Positions 16,016-24,291 are shown, numbered from the stretch's first letter. The stretch is 64,000 bases of DNA from a virus (IMGVR_UViG_3300033066_002031:3864-67863), one strand, 5' to 3'. The notes: generated by a model from the letters alone, not told the origin. Translations and numbers: made by a program.

Positions 16016-16365
16016 ACCGCCTCCGCCTTTCGGCGGCGGCTTTCCATCTGTTCAGCCGAAGCTGAGCGACAGTTCTAAGGCTGGTTTACATTTCAGCCTG
16101 AGCCAGCCCTTGCGGGCTGGCGGCGGATTCAATCGCGAAGGTTATGCGGAATGCCAGGCGATCCCCTGAAGCCGTTCCCTCCGTCGCCACGACGGTGGTG
16201 CGTTTGAGACAGCCGGGCGGAAACCTTCCGCGATGCCGACAACAGCAGGATAGGTCGCGTCTTGAGACGCGACCAGGGTTACATATCATTCTTTTTGCAA
16301 GAAGAAACTATTCCTCCAGCGGATTTAGCCGCTGGTCTCCCATCCGGATTCAAAATGAGGCAACG

Positions 16366-17319
16366 ATGATCGGCACGCTGATTCTCGCCGTGGCGATGAC
16401 GACCGGCGTCGAGTTGATCAAGACGTCCCGCGAGGTGCAGCAGGACAAAGGGACGTGGGTCGTCTCCTACAAGCTCCGGAGTCCATTCGGCGAGGAGACT
16501 TTCGTACGACGTTCCGACGTCATCCTGACGCTTGCGGGGACCGCCTCCAATTCCGCCGTCCCCGGAGACGGCGTATGCCGCGAGTTCCGCATCGTCGCAT
16601 CGGACGCCGAGAAATCCCCTGGGCATTTCGGTCGCCATGCGATCCATCTCGACGAGTCCGACGCCAGGTCGTGCCGCATGGCGATTCGCGTCGAGATGGG
16701 CGACAAGGACGCCGCCGTCATAAGCCCCGGAAGGGATCTGGATCTCCGAATTTTTTTCGAGCACAACCATTTCGTTTATGGAATTTGGGAACCAATTCTG
16801 GGAGAATGGTCGCTCGACTTCGACATGGGCGAATTCCAATTCCGGGATCGGCTGAAGCTCGACATGGCGGAACGAGCGAAACCCGACTTGGCGATCAACG
16901 TCGGCGAAGGCTCGCGGGACGAAACCTATTCCAAATCCGCTGTCAACAGCGTATACTTTGCGTCCCACGATCCGTGCAAAAACAACGTTTCGGTCAACAA
17001 CATCCCGGTGCGGTACGGGACGAAGCTCAGGTTCTCGTTCAGGTATCTCGTCGCCCTCGGGACCGAGGGCGAACCCTGCGTCGAACTCAGGCAGGAGACC
17101 GACGCAGGGGATATGTGGAAGCGGATTTACGACGCCGACATGACGATCGTCTTGACGACGGTCGGGAAGTGGCAGGAGTATTCCGGAATCATCAACGTCG
17201 ATGGGAGCGGCTCCTTGCTCGACGTGAGATTCCGCCTCGCATCGAGCGACGTCGGCGAAGTATGGATTTCCGACCTGCAACTCAAGGAAGTCGGCTTCTC
17301 ACCATCGAGAAATCCTTAG
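16366..17319 (+). CDS. Exported protein with signal peptide
   Basis: MIGTLILAVAMTTG N-terminus; GAGG RBS; beta-rich C-terminal domain. Confidence 0.65.
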   Translation: MIGTLILAVAMTTGVELIKTSREVQQDKGTWVVSYKLRSPFGEETFVRRSDVILTLAGTASNSAVPGDGVCREFRIVASDAEKSPGHFGRHAIHLDESDARSCRMAIRVEMGDKDAAVISPGRDLDLRIFFEHNHFVYGIWEPILGEWSLDFDMGEFQFRDRLKLDMAERAKPDLAINVGEGSRDETYSKSAVNSVYFASHDPCKNNVSVNNIPVRYGTKLRFSFRYLVALGTEGEPCVELRQETDAGDMWKRIYDADMTIVLTTVGKWQEYSGIINVDGSGSLLDVRFRLASSDVGEVWISDLQLKEVGFSPSRNP

Positions 17320-17386
17320 CCTTCAACGAGGCTTTGTGACCTAGATTAACCTTTAGGCGACAAAACCTCGTACTGGAGCATCACAA

Positions 17387-17794
17387 ATGCGTTGTTTCGT
17401 TATAGTTATTGCTTTTCTGTTCACGTCGGTTTCGATCTCTCACTTCCGCTATTTGCAGAAGCTGGAAACCAAGATCGAAATGATGGAGTCGTACGTCGAC
17501 CAGTCCCGCAAAGAATTGGCGACGCTGACGCGGCTCAACGATCTGCAAGCGGGGCATATGAGCCTCATAGTCGAGACGCAGATGCGGCTCATGCACCGCG
17601 TCGTCCCCCATGTGTCGACGAACAACTACTGCCCCGACTGCGTCGAATACAAGCAGCACATCGACAAGGTCACGAGCGATTTCGAATCTCACGCAGGCGA
17701 CACGGGCAGGACCGAGACGCAGCGTGTCAAGGAGCGAGTCCTCAACGCGATGGCAATGCCAGAGCGGGAGGTCTACGACGGAGAAGACCAGTGA
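17387..17794 (+). CDS. Membrane-anchored coiled-coil hypothetical protein
   Basis: N-terminal hydrophobic helix, heptad region, CPDC motif. Confidence 0.6.
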   Translation: MRCFVIVIAFLFTSVSISHFRYLQKLETKIEMMESYVDQSRKELATLTRLNDLQAGHMSLIVETQMRLMHRVVPHVSTNNYCPDCVEYKQHIDKVTSDFESHAGDTGRTETQRVKERVLNAMAMPEREVYDGEDQ

Positions 17795-18225
17795 GAATCG
17801 AGATCAGCAGGAAGGACGTCCTCCGAGCGACATTTAGAGCCGGGGGACCTGGCGGGCAGAATCAGAACAAGGTCGAGACGGCGGTGCGGCTGACTCACCT
17901 ACCAACCGGCGTCGTAGCCGAATCGAGGGTCGAGCGGACCCAGGAAGGCAATGAGCAAAGAGCCTGGAAGCTGCTCATTTGCAAGATCGTAAAATCCCAC
18001 GAAGATCGTCTTGCCAACGAGAGGCGAGACAGGTATAATGCAAAAGCCGACGCAGCTTTCGGCAGCCAGATTCGCACGTACGTCCTCGACGGCGGCAAAC
18101 CCCGCGTCGTCGATCACGTCACGGACGTCAAGGCTGATCCAAACGACGTCGTCTTCAAGGGGCGTCTCGACGCCCTCATCACGGCGAACATGATCTTCAG
18201 GCACAGAAAACAAGCAAAATCGTGA
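17791..18225 (+). CDS. Stand-alone GGQ peptidyl-tRNA hydrolase (release-factor catalytic domain, PrfH/ArfB-like)
   Basis: [25 protein letters not shown] and SQIRTYVL. The GTG start overlaps the upstream stop (GTGA), and there is no N-terminal codon-recognition domain. Confidence 0.85.
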   Translation: MRIEISRKDVLRATFRAGGPGGQNQNKVETAVRLTHLPTGVVAESRVERTQEGNEQRAWKLLICKIVKSHEDRLANERRDRYNAKADAAFGSQIRTYVLDGGKPRVVDHVTDVKADPNDVVFKGRLDALITANMIFRHRKQAKS

Positions 18226-19014
18226 TCATCCTCCCGATGCGGTCTCTCACGAGAAGACCCAGGCATCCGCAAAAGCCGGACCCATTCTACAGTCGCATGT
18301 TGCGGGTTTCCGTAATCCTGGGAAGCGTTTTCGGAGCCGCCTGGTTCGTCCTGTTTCTCTGCAACCCGGACAGCCTTTTGATGGCGGGCTCCGGAGTTAT
18401 CTTCGGGATCATCTTCGGGATGTGGGTGGCTGGCATCAGTGCCATGACATAAGGATTCGCCATGATCCCCGAACTGCTGGACCACGTTGCTACGCGATTC
18501 ATCAAACGGGCTCTGATCTTCCTGGCGATCGTCGTGCCGCTCGCCGCCTACGGAGCCTACCACCTGATCCGCCTGCTCTTGGAGGCTTTGTCATGATCGG
18601 CGGTCCGTTCTGCTGGATCGACAGCGTCATCGAGTTGAACAACCGTCGCGAGGCGGAGTTGCGGCAAGCCAAGAAGCTGCTCCGAGAGCACCGTCGGGAG
18701 CGGATTCGTGAATTCTGGGGATTCACGAAATTCGTGGCGATCATTTTCCTTCCGCCGATGCTCCTGGCGTTTGTGCTGGGCGGCATCGTCATGAGTTTTT
18801 GCAGATAAGGAGTGCGACCCTGATGTTTGGTCCGGGTTTTGGTCTTGCTATCCTACTAGGCATGATGTTCAAGAACGCAGAAGACGACAAAGTCGGCTGC
18901 GGCTGCCTCATCGCCGCAGCCGTGGTCGTCGGCGTCCTGAGCCTTTGCGGGGCTTATTTCGTCGTCAATTGGCTCTTGAACCACGTTCATGTGACGCTGG
19001 GCTGCCTCGGGTGA
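18222..19014 (+). CDS. Run of four small membrane proteins (18222-18452, 18462-18597, 18594-18808, 18822-19014)
   Basis: Short hydrophobic ORFs, closely packed or overlapping; starts approximate. Confidence 0.5.
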
Positions 19015-19052
19015 AAATCCGCGAGGGAGCCGAAAAAAAATCCAAAGAGATG

Positions 19053-19081
19053 TTGACAACGGTTCCGAGTCGTGATAGGAT
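19053..19081 (+). promoter_or_regulatory. Sigma70 promoter for the ncRNA/tmRNA unit
   Basis: TTGACA-17 nt-TAGGAT. Confidence 0.75.
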
Positions 19082-19099
19082 ACCTACATCTGACGCAGT

Positions 19100-19177
19100 G
19101 AGAACAAGGTTGCATGGAAATGCGGGTTCAAATCCCGCCGCATGCTAGTGGGTCTAGTGACATGCCACCTTTTTCTC
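19100..19177 (+). ncRNA. Candidate Y-RNA-like (permuted tRNA-elbow) RNA
   Basis: Terminal stem GAGAA.AGGT.GCATG / CATGC.ACCT.TTCTC encloses GAAAT, a T arm (GCGGG-TTCAAAT-CCCGC) and then a D-like arm (GCTAG-TGGGT-CTAGT). Confidence 0.55.
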
Positions 19178-19183
19178 TTCAAG

Positions 19184-19546
19184 GGGCGCGTTCTAGAATC
19201 GAATCGCGTCGAGACTGAGATACAGTGCGAGCCGTGCTTGGTCGAGCGGGCACGTTAAAAATCGACCGAAACCTTAGCTGCGAACGACACCGTTCCCTTC
19301 CGTCTCGCCGCCTGATCGGCGAGAGGATCGGACGCAAGGCTCCATCCTGGAGGGCTTTGCGTCCGAGCGTCAAACCAGGATAGGGCAGCGTCAGTTCTGA
19401 CCGGTCGCCGCCCGAAACAAAAACGCCAGATCGCCTGAAATGATTGTGCCGAGTGCAATCTTCAAGGCTAAACCTTCATTCGGAAACGCTCGTAGTGCTG
19501 GTCTTTGCCTGACCCGATGACAGCGGTGCAAGTCCGCTCGCGTCCA
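19184..19546 (+). ncRNA. ssrA: tmRNA, tag peptide ANDTVPFRLAA
   Basis: 5' GGGCGCG pairs with 3' CGCGTCC+A, including G3-U70; tag ORF 19280-19315 ends LAA-stop; T arm AGCGG-TGCAAGT-CCGCT. Confidence 0.92.
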
Positions 19547-19595
19547 ATTGATGCAAGCTGTTTGTTCGCAAGGTCTTATAGCTAGAAAGGTTGCC

Positions 19596-20270
19596 ATGTC
19601 CACGTCCGAAGTCGCTGACCAGGCGGTTCCCGCCAAATCCCCGAAGACCGCGAGCCCCAAGAGCCGGAAGGCATGGGTGCCGCCAGCCGGTTTCAAGCGG
19701 AACATGATGCTGTCGAGCGGCAAGGCGGTGGCTCGCGTCACCTACTGCTACGACACGATCGACGCCAAGATCAAGGTCGTCATCGGCGCCTGGTCGCAGT
19801 GGTATCGCGGCGCAGACGGCAGCGAGCCGCGAATCCAGACCGTCCGCCTTCGGGTCAAGACGACGAACGTGACGGTCAAGCTGGCTGACGGCAACATGCT
19901 GCGAGCCAGGGCTTGCTGCAAGCCGATGGACCAGTTCAACGCCCACACGGGCAAGCACGCCGCGATCGAGCGTCTGCTCCGCAAGAACGCCGACGTTCTG
20001 ACGAAGGACGACCGCCGTCAGATCCGCAACACCCTCTGCCCCGGTCTGGCTCGTCAGATCCAGCGGCGGGAGGAAGCCAAGGCGAAGCGAGACGCCGACC
20101 AGGCGGCGAGGCGAGCCGAGGCGGCTGCCAAGCGAGCCGAGGTCGTGAAGCCGGTCGTCGACCCGCAGTCCAACGGAGCGATTCCGGACTTCGCGGCAAG
20201 TCTCCGCAAGGGGATGGAGATGACGGTCGCGGACGTCGTCGCCGAAGCCAAGGCGGAAGCGGCGGAGTAA
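19596..20270 (+). CDS. Basic hypothetical protein
   Basis: AGAAAGG RBS; 224 aa. Confidence 0.7.
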   Translation: MSTSEVADQAVPAKSPKTASPKSRKAWVPPAGFKRNMMLSSGKAVARVTYCYDTIDAKIKVVIGAWSQWYRGADGSEPRIQTVRLRVKTTNVTVKLADGNMLRARACCKPMDQFNAHTGKHAAIERLLRKNADVLTKDDRRQIRNTLCPGLARQIQRREEAKAKRDADQAARRAEAAAKRAEVVKPVVDPQSNGAIPDFAASLRKGMEMTVADVVAEAKAEAAE

Positions 20271-20289
20271 TCGGAGGAAGGGGTCGCAC

Positions 20290-20586
20290 ATGGTCACGTT
20301 GACGAAATTTCGCGAGAAGCCATTCGTCGCCGGAAGCAATGACGACCCCGTCTATCTCTTCCTCGACCCCAGGACGGGCAACATCTTGTTCCCTGGTCCT
20401 GCGTCGATTCATGCTCCAAGCAAACGATTCGCCTTGCGACAAGAAGACGCATACAGCGAAGTCGTGCTGGAGGTGCAGATCGACGGAGGTCGCGTTGTTC
20501 TCGACCTGGCTTACGTCGCCGACATGGCGGCGGCTGAGGAATGGGTCGAATCGGCGAACGAGTTCCTGGCTTTATTTGTCCAGTAA
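20290..20586 (+). CDS. Hypothetical protein
   Basis: AAGGGG RBS; 98 aa. Confidence 0.6.
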   Translation: MVTLTKFREKPFVAGSNDDPVYLFLDPRTGNILFPGPASIHAPSKRFALRQEDAYSEVVLEVQIDGGRVVLDLAYVADMAAAEEWVESANEFLALFVQ

Positions 20587-20592
20587 AACGAC

Positions 20593-20749
20593 ACCCGCCT
20601 AGCTCAGTCGGCAGAGCACCGACGAAACGATGGTCTCATGTTGGCGGAATTCGGGCGACGGTGTACAACGCCGTCCGCGTGACTCCAATGTGTGGCATGA
20701 TCACATCGTGACGTGTCGGAGGTCCGTGGTTCGATCCCATGGGCGGGTA
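20593..20749 (+). ncRNA. tRNA-like RNA 1 with a 91-nt insert replacing the anticodon loop
   Basis: ACCCGCC/GGCGGGT+A; TA-GCTC-AGTCGGCA-GAGC; CCGAC[20624-20714]GTCGG; AGGTC; CGTGG-TTCGATC-CCATG. Confidence 0.8.
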
Positions 20750-20760
20750 CTCTTACTGAC

Positions 20761-20924
20761 ACCCGGTTAGCTCAACTGGTTAGAGCGCCGTCCCCTGGAT
20801 GGTGGACCCGGTCGTGGAGCCGCAGGAGGTTGCGCAGCCTCCGGTAGCGACGAAACGGCATGGTCTGCACGATCGAATCCGGGAACATGGCGGAGGCTGC
20901 GAGGTTCGAATCCCGCACCGGGTA
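20761..20924 (+). ncRNA. tRNA-like RNA 2 with a 96-nt insert replacing the anticodon loop
   Basis: ACCCGGT/ACCGGGT+A; TA-GCTC-AACTGGTTA-GAGC; CCGTC[20793-20888]GGCGG; AGGCT; T loop TTCGAAT. Confidence 0.8.
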
Positions 20925-20949
20925 CTTCTACTTATGGAGCAGCAACGTA

Positions 20950-21345
20950 ATGCGTTTCCTAACGTGGCGAGAGCGGCTCGGTCGTCCCGAATGCCCTTAC
21001 ATGACGCGGTGGGCGATCAACTTCGGGCTGTTCTCGTTACGCATCCACCATTGGCATAGCTCCGACGACCACCGCTACTACCACGACCATCCCTGGTGGT
21101 TCGTAACATTGGTGCTCAAGGGCTCCTACACCGACGTCTCCGACGATGGTCGCGAGGCGATGACGCCCGGCTCGATCCGCTGTCGACCCGCCCTGCACCG
21201 CCACACCGTGGAGGTCGCGGACGGCGGCTGCTGGACCGTGCTGCTGACCGGCAAGGTCGTGCGGAGATGGGGCTTCTGGGTCAACGGCAAATTTAAAAAG
21301 ACGAACAAGTATTTTCTTGAGCACGGTCATCATCCGTGCAAGTAA
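20950..21345 (+). CDS. Cupin-fold protein
   Basis: HDHPWWFVTLVLKGSY...HRHTVE...WTVLLTG cupin motifs. Confidence 0.7.
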   Translation: MRFLTWRERLGRPECPYMTRWAINFGLFSLRIHHWHSSDDHRYYHDHPWWFVTLVLKGSYTDVSDDGREAMTPGSIRCRPALHRHTVEVADGGCWTVLLTGKVVRRWGFWVNGKFKKTNKYFLEHGHHPCK

Positions 21346-21346
21346 T

Positions 21347-21420
21347 GCCTCCGGAGTGTGTTGGTCAGCACGCAACGACTTCGAGCGTTGTAGTTCGGGT
21401 TCGAATCCCGACGGAGAGCA
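21347..21420 (+). tRNA. Atypical tRNA (TCG/Arg-like) with 8-nt anticodon loop and bulged acceptor stem
   Basis: GCCTCCG/CGGAGAGC; CAACG-ACTTCGAG-CGTTG; TCGGG-TTCGAAT-CCCGA. Confidence 0.6.
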
Positions 21421-21440
21421 ATCCGGGAATAGAGGTCAAA

Positions 21441-22031
21441 ATGATTTTCGAGTCGCACATCACCGTCGAAGGCGTTTCGCTGCCGCGATTCAAGGCGATG
21501 TGCCGCCAGGCAGACGTCAAGCCGGTGCATATCGTCAGCGACACGGGCTCCGGCGTCGAGCAGTTGATGTCGGCTCACTTCCATCATGTGCGGAGCTTCC
21601 CGCAGGCGTATGCCGAGATGGAGGATCTCTGCCGAACGTTCCATCCAGCCGTAGTCCGATCCAAGCTCGAATACATCCCGCGACCCAAGGACGTCGACCC
21701 GCCGACGATCTTCCTGTACGAAGAATGGCATTTCAAGTTCGAGGTGGCGTTCGACTACGTCGAGACGCTGCGGAATCTCGCCGCATCGGCGGGATTCAAG
21801 ACCTCGATCAACGCCGTGCGGCAGCCCCAGGATTCCGAGACGATGTTCGTCTTCGCCACCACGAGGAGCCGCGAGTCGAGCGAATCATTTCGCGATTCGC
21901 TGTTCGGCGTCGAGACGCTTTACTGGAAGCCGATCAACTCGATCCACGAATGCGTGGTGTATGACTCCAATCCTGGGGTCGACCGCTACTGGTTTTGCGA
22001 CTGCCCGTTGAAATCCACCGATCGGATCTGA
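21441..22031 (+). CDS. Hypothetical protein
   Basis: GAGG RBS; followed by terminator ACCGCCG/CGGCGGT + T tract (~22058-22086). Confidence 0.65.
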   Translation: MIFESHITVEGVSLPRFKAMCRQADVKPVHIVSDTGSGVEQLMSAHFHHVRSFPQAYAEMEDLCRTFHPAVVRSKLEYIPRPKDVDPPTIFLYEEWHFKFEVAFDYVETLRNLAASAGFKTSINAVRQPQDSETMFVFATTRSRESSESFRDSLFGVETLYWKPINSIHECVVYDSNPGVDRYWFCDCPLKSTDRI

Positions 22032-22124
22032 CTGGCGTACAATCAAGGACGGATCTGAACCGCCGGAGAGATTCGGCGGTTTTTTTGTTGAAATGTGTTG
22101 CATTCGTCAAATCGAGGCGACATA

Positions 22125-22904
22125 ATGTCGCTTCTGGAATACCGGGAGAAGCTCGTGTTCAATCCGGCGGACATCGTTACGATCCTGGCGACCATCGGGA
22201 TGCTCGTCGTCCTTGAGGGTCTGCTTTCCGCAGACAACGCCCTCGTGCTTGCCGTCATGGTCAAGCACCTGCCGCACGTCGACCAGAAGAAGGCGTTGCG
22301 GTACGGCATCTTCGGGGCGTTCGCCTTCCGCCTCGTCGCGGTCCTATTCGCCGGAATCCTGCTGGATTTCTGGATCTTCAAGATCATCGGCGGCGGCTAC
22401 CTGCTCTACCTGGCGTTGGAAAATCTTCTGAAGCATGGCGACGACGGCGACGTTGCGTCTCGCGAGCGGAGCTTCTGGGGGACCGTGATCGGCGTCGAAC
22501 TAGCCGACATCGCGTTCTCGATCGACTCGATCCTCGCCGCCGTCGCGATGGCGGAAGGCTTGCCCAAGCACCTGCATTCGGCGTCGCTGCTGGCGTTGTC
22601 GCTGAAGACCTGGACCGTATACGTCGGCGGCGTGCTCGGCATCATTACGATGCGATTCGTCGCGGGCAAGTTCATCGGGCTTCTTCGCCGTTATCCAAGG
22701 CTGGAAACCGGCGCCTACTATCTCGTGCTCTGGATCTCGTTCAAATTGATCGGCTCCGGGCTGCACAACGCCCTCGCGGGCAACCCGCAGTACAACCATT
22801 TGCCGCTGGAGATGAACGAGTACGTCTTCTGGGGCGGCATGCTCACGATCTTCGCCTCTTGCTTCCTTCTCCCTTCAAAGGGCAAGGAGTCGACGCCGAC
22901 ATGA
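22125..22904 (+). CDS. terC: TerC-family membrane protein
   Basis: LEGLLSADNALVLAVMV..LP...KALRYGIFGAFAFR; ADIAFSIDSILAAVA; GVLGIITMRF. Confidence 0.9.
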   Translation: MSLLEYREKLVFNPADIVTILATIGMLVVLEGLLSADNALVLAVMVKHLPHVDQKKALRYGIFGAFAFRLVAVLFAGILLDFWIFKIIGGGYLLYLALENLLKHGDDGDVASRERSFWGTVIGVELADIAFSIDSILAAVAMAEGLPKHLHSASLLALSLKTWTVYVGGVLGIITMRFVAGKFIGLLRRYPRLETGAYYLVLWISFKLIGSGLHNALAGNPQYNHLPLEMNEYVFWGGMLTIFASCFLLPSKGKESTPT

Positions 22905-23521
22905 TGAAGATGAGGGCACTCAAAGTTCGAGGCATCTGGTTCACTCTGGCGATGATCTGGACCGGCGTCCTGATCGCCGCCTGTATCGGTCAATACAAGG
23001 CTGCGGCGCGGCACGAAAAAATCATCAGCGACATCGCCAAGGAGTGCGAAGCCGCCTCCAAGGTGTCGAAGATCGCCAGGGACTTTCAGACGGCTTCTTC
23101 TCTCGTGGTCATGTGCGTCTTCGAGCCAGACGAAGCCAGGGCTCTTCAGGCGAGGGCGATGTTCGACGCCGCCGACGACTCGCTCGCGTCCCTGGTGCTG
23201 GTTGATGCCGAGCGGTACGCCAATTTCGCCCATGTCATCGGAATGTCCAGGGAGTATCTCGACGTCGAGACGCTCAAAAAATCCAAAGAGCCGTTCTCGC
23301 ACATTCTTTTCACGAGCACGACCTGCGTCACGACGGTGAACGCCGAGGCGGCTAAGATCATCGAGTCTCACACCAACGTGAGCGAATCGGCGAAGCCGTT
23401 CGGGGGCGACAAGGCGATCCCGCTTGTGGTCGTCGGCGTCGGCGTCATGATCTTCGGCGGCATGCTGGCGTCGTTGCGGACGCCACAGGTCGATCAGGAC
23501 GAATCCCAGCCTGAAATTTGA
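22901..23521 (+). CDS. Two-TM membrane protein
   Basis: Hydrophobic helices at both ends; ATGA overlap with terC. Confidence 0.6.
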   Translation: MMKMRALKVRGIWFTLAMIWTGVLIAACIGQYKAAARHEKIISDIAKECEAASKVSKIARDFQTASSLVVMCVFEPDEARALQARAMFDAADDSLASLVLVDAERYANFAHVIGMSREYLDVETLKKSKEPFSHILFTSTTCVTTVNAEAAKIIESHTNVSESAKPFGGDKAIPLVVVGVGVMIFGGMLASLRTPQVDQDESQPEI

Positions 23522-23584
23522 CCTATTCTGAAATCGAGGAACCTGGGTTTTCTCGATTGAAAGAAAAGTGTAGAATAAAAACCA

Positions 23585-23797
23585 GACCGGGCAGGAGGCG
23601 ACGAGCCTTCTGCCTGAGTCTCTCCGGAAGGCGATCGCCTTACCGAAGCCCGAGAGCGATCTTGGGAATGTTTAACCTCGACATGACGTCGGGGCTTAGC
23701 CCAGGGATGGGCTGCGATCGTAAGATCGTTCTGCGCGTCAAGGACGACGTGCAGGTAGAGCCTAAATAAATGGATTGTCCGATAAATAGGCTTCTAC
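23585..23797 (+). ncRNA. Candidate structured ncRNA (multi-hairpin)
   Basis: At least 7 consecutive hairpins, three with GNRA loops (GCGA, GGGA, GTAA); no convincing ORF. Confidence 0.45.
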
Positions 23798-23839
23798 AAA
23801 AAAGCGACCCCGGCGATGATCTGCCGGGGTCGCTTTTTT
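23798..23839. terminator. Bidirectional terminator at the arm junction
   Basis: A6-GCGACCCCGGC-GATGATCT-GCCGGGGTCGC-T6. Confidence 0.9.
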
Positions 23840-24272
23840 ATTCATCGACGTCGACGTCGTCTTCTTCGGTCCCGTTGGGGGCGGAATTCTCCGTCACCTT
23901 CTTGCCTCGCTCTGGAAGGACGTGGCTTTCCTTGGCGATCTTGGCGATTGCCTGGAGTACCGTGATGATGCAGTGCTCACGCGCCCGCAGCACCTTGGCG
24001 GGCGTCTGGTCGGTGTCGACCTCCGTCGCGTCGCTCGGCATCCATGCGCCCATCTTCGCGATCTGGCGAAAAGCGAAGTTGCTCAGGACGGCTAGCCGCG
24101 TCGTCTGAGCCCTGTAACGGGCGACGTTAGCCTCGGTGACGAACTTGTCGAATTCCAGTTCTTCGATCGTTTCTGCCTTGATGGCTTCGGCGTATTCGAT
24201 CACGTCCTGCTCGGTGATGCCCTCCGGCTCCGAGTCCGACTTCGATTCAATCGGGATTTCTTGGTCGCTCAT
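23838..24272 (-). CDS. Acidic hypothetical protein
   Basis: GGAGG RBS before MSDQE; 144 aa. Confidence 0.65.
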   Translation of the reverse strand: MSDQEIPIESKSDSEPEGITEQDVIEYAEAIKAETIEELEFDKFVTEANVARYRAQTTRLAVLSNFAFRQIAKMGAWMPSDATEVDTDQTPAKVLRAREHCIITVLQAIAKIAKESHVLPERGKKVTENSAPNGTEEDDVDVDE

Positions 24273-24291
24273 AAACACCTCCTGCCAAAGA

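Noticed and set aside
19179-19741. Minus-strand ORFs over 19.2-19.7 kb
   Set aside because: They are antisense to tmRNA and have no protein features.
20619-20719. Archaeal-type bulge-helix-bulge intron
   Set aside because: The junction folds as an asymmetric internal loop, not 3-4-3, and excision after position 37 gives a loop without U33.
20621-20888. Hammerhead ribozyme in the tRNA inserts (GAAAC and GUC present)
   Set aside because: No CUGANGA core in the required position, and no consistent stem I/II/III arrangement.
20799-20949. ORF starts at 20799 and 20860
   Set aside because: They lie inside tRNA-like RNA 2; the cupin more plausibly starts at 20950.
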